Program-made: the position numbers and the translations under genes
Shown: positions 1 through 6,690 of the stretch, piece after piece
Layout: every line of letters starts with the position of its first letter
How positions within the stretch are numbered: position 1 is the first letter of the stretch
The notes under the pieces: generated by a model
Told to the model about the DNA's origin: nothing
The model's input: only the letters and a program-made list of their open reading frames with translations
Database searches by the model: none
Assembly (NCBI GenBank): GCA_964468735.1
Contig: CAYXVS010000003.1
Location: 1-35,249 of the forward strand
Reading direction: 5' to 3'
Source of the DNA: an uncultured Anaerolineales bacterium
GTDB lineage: Bacteria > Chloroflexota > Anaerolineae > B4-G1 > SLSP01
DNA length: 35,249 bases

Positions 1-141
1 TCTGGATTCTTCTGTCTCAGTCTCGCACGGATGTTCTGCGGCTTCACCGTGGCACGCTTCGATCTGCTCCGGGGTGCAGTCCTGTGGATCGCGCTTCTTC
101 TCAGGATGACAACATTCTGACCTTGCATCACGACAGCACAT
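1..141 (-). CDS. Cys/His-rich small protein, N-terminal part only (continues past window start); putative metal-binding partner of the ArsR regulator
   Basis: Hand translation of the minus strand from ATG at 141..139 gives MCCRDARSECCHPEKKRDPQDCTPEQIEACHGEAAEHPCETETEESR... It is 47 codons, open to position 1, with 7 Cys and 3 His. The ATG overlaps the last 14 nt of the arsR-like ORF (stop 130..128), which suggests translational coupling. It is absent from the ORF track because it is truncated. Confidence 0.45.
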   Translation of the reverse strand, partial: MCCRDARSECCHPEKKRDPQDCTPEQIEACHGEAAEHPCETETEESR

Positions 142-484
142 TATTCTCACCTCCTTTTGCTAGATTAGGTTTTTCTTTACAAATGACAAACTCCGAACCG
201 AGATGCTCGCGCGCGAGATCTTGGTAAACAGCCAGACGCTCCGAATCGAGAAAGTAGTGGAGCCGATACCCGCGCCGCTCAGCGTGCACCAGGCCCAGGT
301 CTTTGAGCACGCGCAGGTGTTGAGAGACGGCCGAATCCGTCACACCCAACTCGCGGGCCAGTCGCCCGACACACATCGCTTGCCCTGCTGACTCCTGTTG
401 AGTCAGCAGGGCGACCAATCGGAGCCGGGTTTCGTCTCCCAACGCTTTGAAAAACCGGGATAGACCTCGAAATGTATTGTCCAT
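128..484 (-). CDS. ArsR/SmtB-family metalloregulatory transcriptional repressor
   Basis: 118-aa ORF. Winged-HTH core LGDETRLRLVALL...CVGRLARELGVTDSAVSQHLRVLKDLGLVHAERRGYRLHYFL is typical of ArsR/SmtB. A Cys lies in the alpha3 region (AMCVG). Confidence 0.85.
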   Translation of the reverse strand: MDNTFRGLSRFFKALGDETRLRLVALLTQQESAGQAMCVGRLARELGVTDSAVSQHLRVLKDLGLVHAERRGYRLHYFLDSERLAVYQDLAREHLGSEFVICKEKPNLAKGGENNVLS

Positions 485-497
485 TGCTCTTTACCTA

Positions 498-515
498 AGT
501 ATTTAAGCGAATACT
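498..515. promoter_or_regulatory. Possible ArsR operator: 6-nt inverted repeat AGTATT-N6-AATACT between the -10 box and the arsR start
   Basis: agtatt (498..503) and aatact (510..515) are reverse complements separated by 6 nt. The site lies between the predicted -10 box and the ATG at 484. ArsR/SmtB repressors usually bind imperfect inverted repeats overlapping their own promoter. Confidence 0.3.
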
Positions 516-522
516 AAAATAG

Positions 523-550
523 ATTATAACAGAAATAGCCTGTAGGTCAA
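523..550 (-). promoter_or_regulatory. Sigma70-type promoter of the arsR operon (TTGACC - 16 nt - TATAAT)
   Basis: On the minus strand, TTGACC is at 550..545, the spacer is 16 nt, and TATAAT is at 528..523. This is about 40 nt upstream of the arsR ATG. Confidence 0.5.
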
Positions 551-674
551 TACCTTGCATCGCCCCTCAACCCGGTCCAGTGGGTTTTAATCATCGGGGG
601 AGCGCTGGTAGGGGGCGGGTGGCTGGAGGCCTTGAAGGCCTTTCGGTAACAGTTTATCTTATGAACAAAGCTTG

Positions 675-985
675 GCTCTTCAGGAATTCGCCGGTGCAGC
701 CGCCTAGGGAATTCGAAGCGGTTCGACCGAAAAAATCGTTCCGGAGGCTCCAGAGCGTCCTTAGCCAAGTTCAAGGCAAACGAAGTTGGGGTTGATGCGC
801 GCGATAAATCGCTTGGCATGCAACCTCGTGTATCTTGAACACCTCAGAGCTGCTTCATTTGCCCGCCTATGCCCCACTCGCACCGCGGTAACGACGTAAA
901 AAAGGTCTGCGATCCCCACAAACGCGCACATCTTCGCCGCTTTTAGGGCCGCTTAGGGGACTGTCCGGCAAAATCCAAAAGACCC
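675..985 (+). repeat. Dispersed non-coding repeat, copy 1 (segments 675..698 and 900..985 match 31343..31368 and 31420..31505)
   Basis: Hand alignment of 900..985 against 31420..31505 gives 76 of 86 nt identical in the same orientation. An upstream segment, ggctcttcaggaattcgccggtgca, matches ggctctccaggaattcgccgggtgca at 31343. The two segments are about 200 nt apart here (699..899) and about 50 nt apart in copy 2 (31369..31419). Confidence 0.7.
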
Positions 986-1083
986 GTTTTCTCTTTCAAG
1001 TTCGTGACGCCATCCACACCCCAGAAACTTATGCCGTTGCAGGGGACAATGATCGCGCATCGACCTCATCTTCATCCACTGCC

Positions 1084-2802
1084 TCACACCCCCAGCGCGT
1101 TGAAGATGCGCTGATAGCTGCGCACGGCGCGATCCCAGGAGAATTGGCGCAGCATCTCCGCGCCGGCGGCGATCATCTCCGCGTAGGCGCGCCGATCTTC
1201 CACGTAAAGGTCGGTCGCGTCCTGGAAGGCCCACGCCGCCTCGCGCACCAGCGCGTCGAAGAGCGGGACGCCCGTGCGCTCGACCACGCGGTCGCCGGGA
1301 TCGTACTCGCAGGCGACGATGTGCTCCCACCCCGCGAGGAGGTCCTCCCAGACGAGATCCGGCTCGCGGAAGAGGAAGCCCGTGGACGCGGCGCCCCGCG
1401 CGTGGTAGCGATCGGCGATGCGGCGCACGGTCCGGCCCATCACGCCGCTGGGATAGGGCGCGACCTGCTGCACCAGCCCGCCGGTCGCGCGCGCGACGAC
1501 GGGCATCCCCTTGGCGTAGCCCTCCGTCGCCGCGCCGAACGGCTCGTAGAGCGAGGCCATCACCAAGTAGGTGCTGCCGCGCATCAGTTCGAGGAAGCCG
1601 CGCGCCATCCGAAAGGGGAAGACCTTCACGTCGCCCGCGCGCTCCTCGGCCAGCGCCTGGAGGAAGTCCAAACCCGCCAACCCCTCGTCGCCGGGGATGG
1701 GCGTGAAGATGAACTTGGCGCGCCCCGGCGGCAAGTGGCGGATGGCCGCCGCGACGATGTCGTAGCCCTTCTGGCGCGGATCGTCCCGCCCGAAGCAGAG
1801 GAAGATCGGGCCGTCGAACGCCTCCAGATCCGCCAGCGCGCCCCACGCGGCCTCTGGCTGGTAGGCTTGCAGCACGGAGATCATCTCCTCGCGGCGGCGG
1901 GCCTTTTCCTCTATAATGGGCGCGACCTCGCCCCGTTGGGCGGCCGCAATGGCCTCGATGGGAAAATCTAACGGGGAGAAGAGTCCGTTATCGATGCCGA
2001 CGACGCCACGCTCCTGGAGCAGCGCTTGCAGGTGCGGGGCGTAGACGCGCGTGTGCAGCGGATTGCGCGTCAGTTCGGCGGCGAAGTTCTCAGAGACGGT
2101 GCAGAGCGGCCCGTCGGTGAAGGGGATCATCTTGGTGAGGACGGTCGGCCCCTCGACGGTGCGCCAGAAGATCTGCGCCAGCTCCTCATCGGATAACGGA
2201 TGATCGTAGGGGTTGTGCATCGTCAAGGTGCAGATGGCGGAGGCAATCCCCGGCTCCTTCTTGATCGTGAGCGCGGCCGAGGCAGTTTGCCAATCCTGCA
2301 AACTGACGAAGAGATCGGACGTGTGGCCCAGCGCCACCAGCGCCTTGGAGACCGCCGCGCAGAAGAAGAGCGCATCCTGCAACAGGCGCTCAGGATGCGC
2401 TGGGTTGAGATAGGGGTTGCAGGGCGCTGCGGCGGAGGGCGGATTGCGGCCGTCGCAGGGCGCATTGAAGAACGCCGCCGTATCGAGCAGGTAGGTGGTG
2501 AATCCGTCGGCAGCGACGTGCTGAAGGATCTCCACCTCGTGCTCCACTTTGGCGAAGCGGACGCTGTACGAGGTTCCAGTCGGTTCGATCTCGTCCGCGT
2601 TTTTATGATAGCGGGTGATCTGCTTAAAGTAGGGCGCGATGGTGAAGCAGGCGCCGCCTTCTTCTGATAAGGCCGCCATACGACGCGGCAAGCGCCGCAT
2701 CACAGCCGCCAGACCGCCCAGGGGCGCGAACTCACTCTCGAAGGTCACAAATACAACCGTGCGTTGCTCATTGTGGGGTTTTGCAGTTTGTATCAGGGCC
2801 AT
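1084..2802 (-). CDS. Glycogen/starch-synthase-like GT-B glycosyltransferase
   Basis: The N-terminus VVFVTFESEFAPLGGLAAVMRRLP resembles the GT5 starch-synthase catalytic-domain start (E-x-x-P-x-x-x-x-GGL). The C-terminus ASLYEPFGAATEGYAKGMPVVARATGGLVQQV is the E-x7-E/TGGL motif of GT-B retaining transferases. The start is moved to ATG 2802 (MALIQT...), which has AAAGGA about 10 nt upstream. The track start at 2844 remains possible. Confidence 0.65.
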   Translation of the reverse strand: MALIQTAKPHNEQRTVVFVTFESEFAPLGGLAAVMRRLPRRMAALSEEGGACFTIAPYFKQITRYHKNADEIEPTGTSYSVRFAKVEHEVEILQHVAADGFTTYLLDTAAFFNAPCDGRNPPSAAAPCNPYLNPAHPERLLQDALFFCAAVSKALVALGHTSDLFVSLQDWQTASAALTIKKEPGIASAICTLTMHNPYDHPLSDEELAQIFWRTVEGPTVLTKMIPFTDGPLCTVSENFAAELTRNPLHTRVYAPHLQALLQERGVVGIDNGLFSPLDFPIEAIAAAQRGEVAPIIEEKARRREEMISVLQAYQPEAAWGALADLEAFDGPIFLCFGRDDPRQKGYDIVAAAIRHLPPGRAKFIFTPIPGDEGLAGLDFLQALAEERAGDVKVFPFRMARGFLELMRGSTYLVMASLYEPFGAATEGYAKGMPVVARATGGLVQQVAPYPSGVMGRTVRRIADRYHARGAASTGFLFREPDLVWEDLLAGWEHIVACEYDPGDRVVERTGVPLFDALVREAAWAFQDATDLYVEDRRAYAEMIAAGAEMLRQFSWDRAVRSYQRIFNALGV

Positions 2803-2912
2803 AGCATGCCATCCTTTCACTGAATTTGGTTGCGTGATACACAACGCGATTTGGGGGAACTATCAAGATAGAGTATAGTGAGGATCAATGGGATGTCAAA
2901 AATTTTCGCGCC

Positions 2913-3012
2913 TCACCCTTGCGAAGGTTACGGATCGCTCCGCTTATCACAAGCCTCGCGTAAGTGAAAAGCGCCCTTTCGATCAAGACACGGCGCAACC
3001 TTCGCAAGGGTT
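2913..3012. repeat. Palindromic intergenic element, family B copy 1 (15-nt arms, 67-nt spacer)
   Basis: acccttgcgaaggtt (2915..2929) is the perfect reverse complement of aaccttcgcaagggt (2997..3011). The same arms, with the same 67-nt spacer length but different spacer sequence, recur at 32839..32935. Confidence 0.75.
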
Positions 3013-3114
3013 GGAAGTTAGGGGAAAAAGTACCCTCATCCGCCGGGGATGGTATAATTAAGGACTGAATCAGCGAACCCGTAGGTGAACACAGATCAAA
3101 AAGGGAGAATACCC

Positions 3115-3672
3115 ATGATGCAAGCTCTTGTCTCGATTTTGGATAATATGACCCACCGGCTCCTGACGAAGACGTGCATGCAACTGAAAGAGGAGTTCTG
3201 CGCGTGCGGTTTCTATGTGACGGAGTACCCGCATTTTTCGTACCAGGTGGCGGAGAGCTTTGATCTCGATGCGCTCGAGGCGCGGCTGGCAAAAGAAGCC
3301 CCGCAGTTGGCGCCCATCACGACGCGCGTGAGCGGCGTTGGGATCTTCTCCGGCCCCCACCCAATCATCTTCCTGCCGGTAGTGCGCACGTTGGAACTCA
3401 GCCATCTTCATCATCGGCTGTGGGAAATCTCCAACGACGCTGCGCATCAGATGGTCTTGCACTACCACGCCACGCGCTGGATTCCCCACATCACCTTGGC
3501 CCAGAAGGATGTCACCCACGACACGCTCCCCGACGTCATGCGCTGGCTGAACGACCGGACGTTCGAGTGGGAGATTCGAGTGGACAATCTGGCCCTGATT
3601 TATACCGAGGGCGAAGAAGACAAAGACACCGGCATGGCCTTTCGATTCGACTTGGGTAGTTCCAGGAATTAA
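3115..3672 (+). CDS. 2H phosphoesterase superfamily protein (LigT / 2'-5' RNA ligase-like)
   Basis: Two H-x-(S/T)-x motifs are present with the expected spacing: YPHFSYQV and IPHITLAQ. The start is set at ATG 3115, which has GGGAGA 6 nt upstream. The track GTG at 3085 is less likely. Confidence 0.55.
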   Translation: MMQALVSILDNMTHRLLTKTCMQLKEEFCACGFYVTEYPHFSYQVAESFDLDALEARLAKEAPQLAPITTRVSGVGIFSGPHPIIFLPVVRTLELSHLHHRLWEISNDAAHQMVLHYHATRWIPHITLAQKDVTHDTLPDVMRWLNDRTFEWEIRVDNLALIYTEGEEDKDTGMAFRFDLGSSRN

Positions 3673-3700
3673 AGGCTCCCCAACCGGATGCTTTTTCCTC

Positions 3701-3743
3701 GGAAAAATCGCTTGCATTTGGGAGATTCATTTTCTTGGAACGG
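3701..3743 (+). repeat. Intergenic repeat, family C arm motif (ggaaaaatcgcttgcaTTTGGGAGATTCATTTTCTTGGAACGG)
   Basis: 3717..3743 is the reverse complement of the motif ccgttccaagaa(a/g)ataaacctcccaaa found at 15206..15232 and 18355..18381. In all three places the TTTGGGAG..CTTGGAACGG reading is sense to the downstream gene. Confidence 0.65.
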
Positions 3744-3810
3744 CCTTGACCGGCGAAGAACGTATTGCGTAAAAAGCAAGCACATACAAACGTTGCGTCT
3801 TATATTATAT

Positions 3811-3937
3811 CAATTTACTTTTATGAGTAGATCAAGGTGCAACGCACTTGGACTTAAGTAACCGTTACGCCTGATGCCCTACATGCTCCGTGTTAAGCCC
3901 AAAAGTGCGTTGCACCTCACAAGACTAAACGGTTACC
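3811..3937 (+). repeat. Long-hairpin palindromic element, family A copy 1 (15-bp perfect stem, 53-nt loop)
   Basis: aggtgcaacgcactt (3835..3849) pairs perfectly with aagtgcgttgcacct (3903..3917). The flanks caatttacttttatgag... and ...cacaagactaaacggttacc are shared with the copies at 15256..15381 and 26202..26325. It lies in the 5' region of the comEA-like gene, in sense orientation. Confidence 0.8.
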
Positions 3938-3992
3938 TTATATTTGACGATTCACGCTTGACCCGACGCGAACTAGAGGATATGCTAATCCT

Positions 3993-4781
3993 ATGCTTCA
4001 AGACGAGAACCACCCCACGCCCCCCATAGCTGAGCGCATCGAGGCGCTGACCACGGCCCCGGCTGAGGACGAAGAGCAGCCCGACCGGGAGGAGATCGAG
4101 CGCCAGGTGCGCATCCAATATCGCGGCTATCTTGTGCTGGCGACGGTGATCGCGCTCATCGTCGGCGGCGTGATTGGGCATTTCACGCCCGGCGAGGCCA
4201 ATCCGCTGGCCGAGACACAGATCACGCCGCCGCCGTACTGGGGCCAGGTCTGCGTGACGCGCGAGCCGACAGAGGAGGATGAAGATGCGCCAGAGGGCGT
4301 GGATGCGCCGCCCACGGCGACGCCTCAGCCGCTGCGCATCTACGTCAGCGGCGCGGTGGTCGCGCCCGACGTGGTGGCGCTGCCGCCCGATAGTCTGCTC
4401 GCCGACGCGCTGGAGGCCGTCGGCGGCCCGACGGACGCGGCGGATATGGAGGCCCTCAACTTAGCGGCGCCGCTCTCCGATCACCAACACATCATCGTGC
4501 CGGATCGCGCGCGCATCGAAGCGCCCGCCGAAACGCCGCCAGAGACAGACGCCCCAGATGATGAACTCACCAGCGAGAAGATCAACATCAACCAAGCGAC
4601 GGCGGCGGAGCTGGAGACGCTGCCCCACATCGGCCCGGCGCTCGCTCAGCGCATCTTGGCGTACCGCGCCGAGCACGGCCCGTTTCCCACCACCGAGGCG
4701 CTGATGGAGGTCTCCGGCATCGGCCCCAACACCTACGAGCAGATCGCGCCGCTGGTGATGGTGACGACGGATGGAGATTAA
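3993..4781 (+). CDS. comEA: ComEA-family competence protein (membrane anchor, SLBB domain, helix-hairpin-helix DNA-binding domain)
   Basis: The protein has an N-terminal TM segment (YLVLATVIALIVGGVIGHF) and an SLBB-like region (LRIYVSGAVVAPDVVALPPDSLLADALEAVGG). The C-terminal (HhH)2 motif is ININQATAAELETLPHIGPALAQRILAYRAEHGPFPTTEALMEVSGIGPNTYEQI. Confidence 0.85.
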   Translation: MLQDENHPTPPIAERIEALTTAPAEDEEQPDREEIERQVRIQYRGYLVLATVIALIVGGVIGHFTPGEANPLAETQITPPPYWGQVCVTREPTEEDEDAPEGVDAPPTATPQPLRIYVSGAVVAPDVVALPPDSLLADALEAVGGPTDAADMEALNLAAPLSDHQHIIVPDRARIEAPAETPPETDAPDDELTSEKININQATAAELETLPHIGPALAQRILAYRAEHGPFPTTEALMEVSGIGPNTYEQIAPLVMVTTDGD

Positions 4782-4810
4782 AAGCTGGAAGTTGGAAGAT
4801 CCACTGGTTT

Positions 4811-4844
4811 AGACCTGACAGGTTTTCGAAAACCTGTCAGGTCT
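4811..4844. repeat. Perfect 34-nt palindrome (agacctgacaggttttcgaaaacctgtcaggtct)
   Basis: The sequence is self-complementary over all 34 nt. It sits between the comEA stop (4781) and the next start (4870). There is no downstream T-tract, so it is not a canonical intrinsic terminator. Confidence 0.85.
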
Positions 4845-4869
4845 GACCGATTGAACCATTACGATACGA

Positions 4870-6690
4870 ATGGAGAAAAAACATCGTATGCAAACCTTGA
4901 CCCAACGCATATTCCCCAAAACCACATCCCCCCGCGTGAGGCGGACCCGCCTCGCGCTCCTGCTCTGCCTCATCGTCGGATGGGGCGTGCTGCTGAGCGC
5001 GCACTTTTTGGCGTGGGATACCGCGCGCCATGTGCCGTTCCCCGGCTTCACGGTGGAGCCGAGCGGGGTGCTGACGCCCTTCGGGGACTCCTCGTGGGCG
5101 CGATTTGACGCCACGCCGCCGCTGGCCGAGCCGGAGCGCGTCATCGCCGTGGATGACCTCCCCATCCAGAACAACCGCCAATTGCAGCGCGTGCTCCGCA
5201 CCGAGTACCAGGTCGGCGGCGAGGCCTTCTTCACCTTCGACCAACCCGATGGCAGCCAGCGCACCGTCCTCCTGCCGCTTACCGCGTGGCCGATGGCCGA
5301 CTTCGCCAACATCTTCTTAGCGCCCTTCGCCACCGCACTCGTGATCATGGGCCTGGGCACGTGGGTGATGCTCTCCCAAAGCGACCAGCACAGCGTTGTC
5401 TTCGTCCTAGGCTCCATCGCCTTCGCCTGGGCGCTGGCCCTCATCTTCGACCTGACCGTCAGCGGCATCTTCCCCTGGCTCTGGATCGCGGCGATCACGA
5501 TGAGCGGCGTCTTCTTCGCCCAACTGGGACTGCGCTTCCCGCGCCCCGTGCGCCTCGTCCGGCGCCGCCCGTGGATCGTCTGGCTCTTCTACGGCATCGG
5601 CGGCCTGCTCCTGCTGACCGGCGAACTGACGCTCTATCACTGGCCCAGCTCGTGGGCCTTTATCCCCACGTGGCGCATCATCTACCTGGAAAACGCCCTG
5701 GGCATGCTCTTCTTCTTGGGGATGATGGTCCACCGCCTGCGCCGCCCGCCCTCCACCACCGTGCGCCGTCAAAGTCGCATCATCCTGATGGGCGCGACGC
5801 TGGCCTTCGGCCCCATCATCTTCTGGCAACTCTCCAACCTCTTCGGCGCGCCCCGGCCCTTCACCGGCATCTACGCGCCGTTCGCGCTCTTCTTCCCCGT
5901 GGCGCTGGCCTACGCCGTGCTCCGCTATCAACTGGCGGATGTGGACGCCGTCTTCGCGCGCGGCGTCACTTATGGGCTGATGACCCTCATGAGCCTGGGG
6001 CTGTACCTGCTGCTGGGCCGCCTGCTCGCCGACGCGCTCGCGCGCTTTGACATCTCGGCGGATCTGGTCTACCTCGCGCTCTTCATCTTAGGGCTGATCG
6101 TGACCTTCGATCCGGTGCGAAATTATCTCCAGGGCTGGGTGGATCGCCTCTTCCTGCGGACGCGGGTGGATTATCGCGCCGCGCTCCAATCGTTCAGCCA
6201 CCAGTTGACGGCGTCGCTTGCCCTGCCGCAGGTTTTGCGCGCGCTGGGCCAACAAATCGAGGCGTCGCTGCACGCGAGGGAAGCCGCCATCTGGCTTTAT
6301 GACGACGAGAGCGCCGGCTTCCGGCCCCACGGCGTGGGATTGGGCGCGCCGCCCGCAACGACCTGCGCCGAGACCGATCCCGTGGCGGCGCGGATCGCGG
6401 CGGAGGACTCGGCCTTCTTCTTGGAGCCGCACCGCTATCCCCAAGATGCAGCGCTGGCCGCGATGACGACCGACGCCGGCGAGATCTGCGTGCCGCTGCG
6501 CCGCCGCGAGCGGCTCATCGGGTGGCTGCTGGTGAGCGGGCGGCGCAGCGAGCGCCCCTACACGCCGGACGACCTGGCCTTCCTCTCCGCGCTGGCCGAT
6601 CAGTCGGCGTTGGCCGTGGAAAACGCGCGGCTCTTCGCCCAAATGACCCGCCAATTGACCCAAATGGGAGGAGAATCAACTTCAACATGA
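4870..6690 (+). CDS. Membrane sensor protein: PDZ-like periplasmic domain, polytopic TM region, C-terminal GAF domain, no recognisable output domain
   Basis: The PDZ-like stretch is ERVIAVDDLPIQNNRQLQRVLRTEYQVGGEAFFTFDQPDGSQRTVLLPL. It is followed by about 8 hydrophobic helices. The GAF-like C-terminus is LPQVLRALGQQIEASLHAREAAIWLYDD...ICVPLRRRERLIGWLLVSGRRSERPYTPDDLAFLSALADQSALAVENARLF. The stop overlaps the next gene's ATG (ATGA at 6687..6690). Confidence 0.65.
   Translation: MEKKHRMQTLTQRIFPKTTSPRVRRTRLALLLCLIVGWGVLLSAHFLAWDTARHVPFPGFTVEPSGVLTPFGDSSWARFDATPPLAEPERVIAVDDLPIQNNRQLQRVLRTEYQVGGEAFFTFDQPDGSQRTVLLPLTAWPMADFANIFLAPFATALVIMGLGTWVMLSQSDQHSVVFVLGSIAFAWALALIFDLTVSGIFPWLWIAAITMSGVFFAQLGLRFPRPVRLVRRRPWIVWLFYGIGGLLLLTGELTLYHWPSSWAFIPTWRIIYLENALGMLFFLGMMVHRLRRPPSTTVRRQSRIILMGATLAFGPIIFWQLSNLFGAPRPFTGIYAPFALFFPVALAYAVLRYQLADVDAVFARGVTYGLMTLMSLGLYLLLGRLLADALARFDISADLVYLALFILGLIVTFDPVRNYLQGWVDRLFLRTRVDYRAALQSFSHQLTASLALPQVLRALGQQIEASLHAREAAIWLYDDESAGFRPHGVGLGAPPATTCAETDPVAARIAAEDSAFFLEPHRYPQDAALAAMTTDAGEICVPLRRRERLIGWLLVSGRRSERPYTPDDLAFLSALADQSALAVENARLFAQMTRQLTQMGGESTST

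Noticed and set aside
547-819. ORFs 547..819 (-) and 580..795 (+) in the arsR/glycosyltransferase intergenic region.
   Set aside because: They are mutually overlapping on opposite strands, have no RBS and no motifs, and partly lie on repeat sequence. The region is more likely non-coding.
953-1971. Long alternate-frame ORFs overlapping the glycosyltransferase gene: 953..1846 (-), 1144..1971 (+) and 2200..2667 (+).
   Set aside because: Their Arg/Gly/Ala/Pro-rich, low-complexity translations are typical of shadow frames in very GC-rich DNA. The in-frame glycogen-synthase-like ORF has clear family motifs.
6522-6686. 55-codon 5' extension of the DUF2298 ORF.
   Set aside because: It overlaps the end of the GAF-sensor gene in another frame and is Arg/Ala/Gly-rich. 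A strong RBS and an ATGA overlap support the start at 6687.
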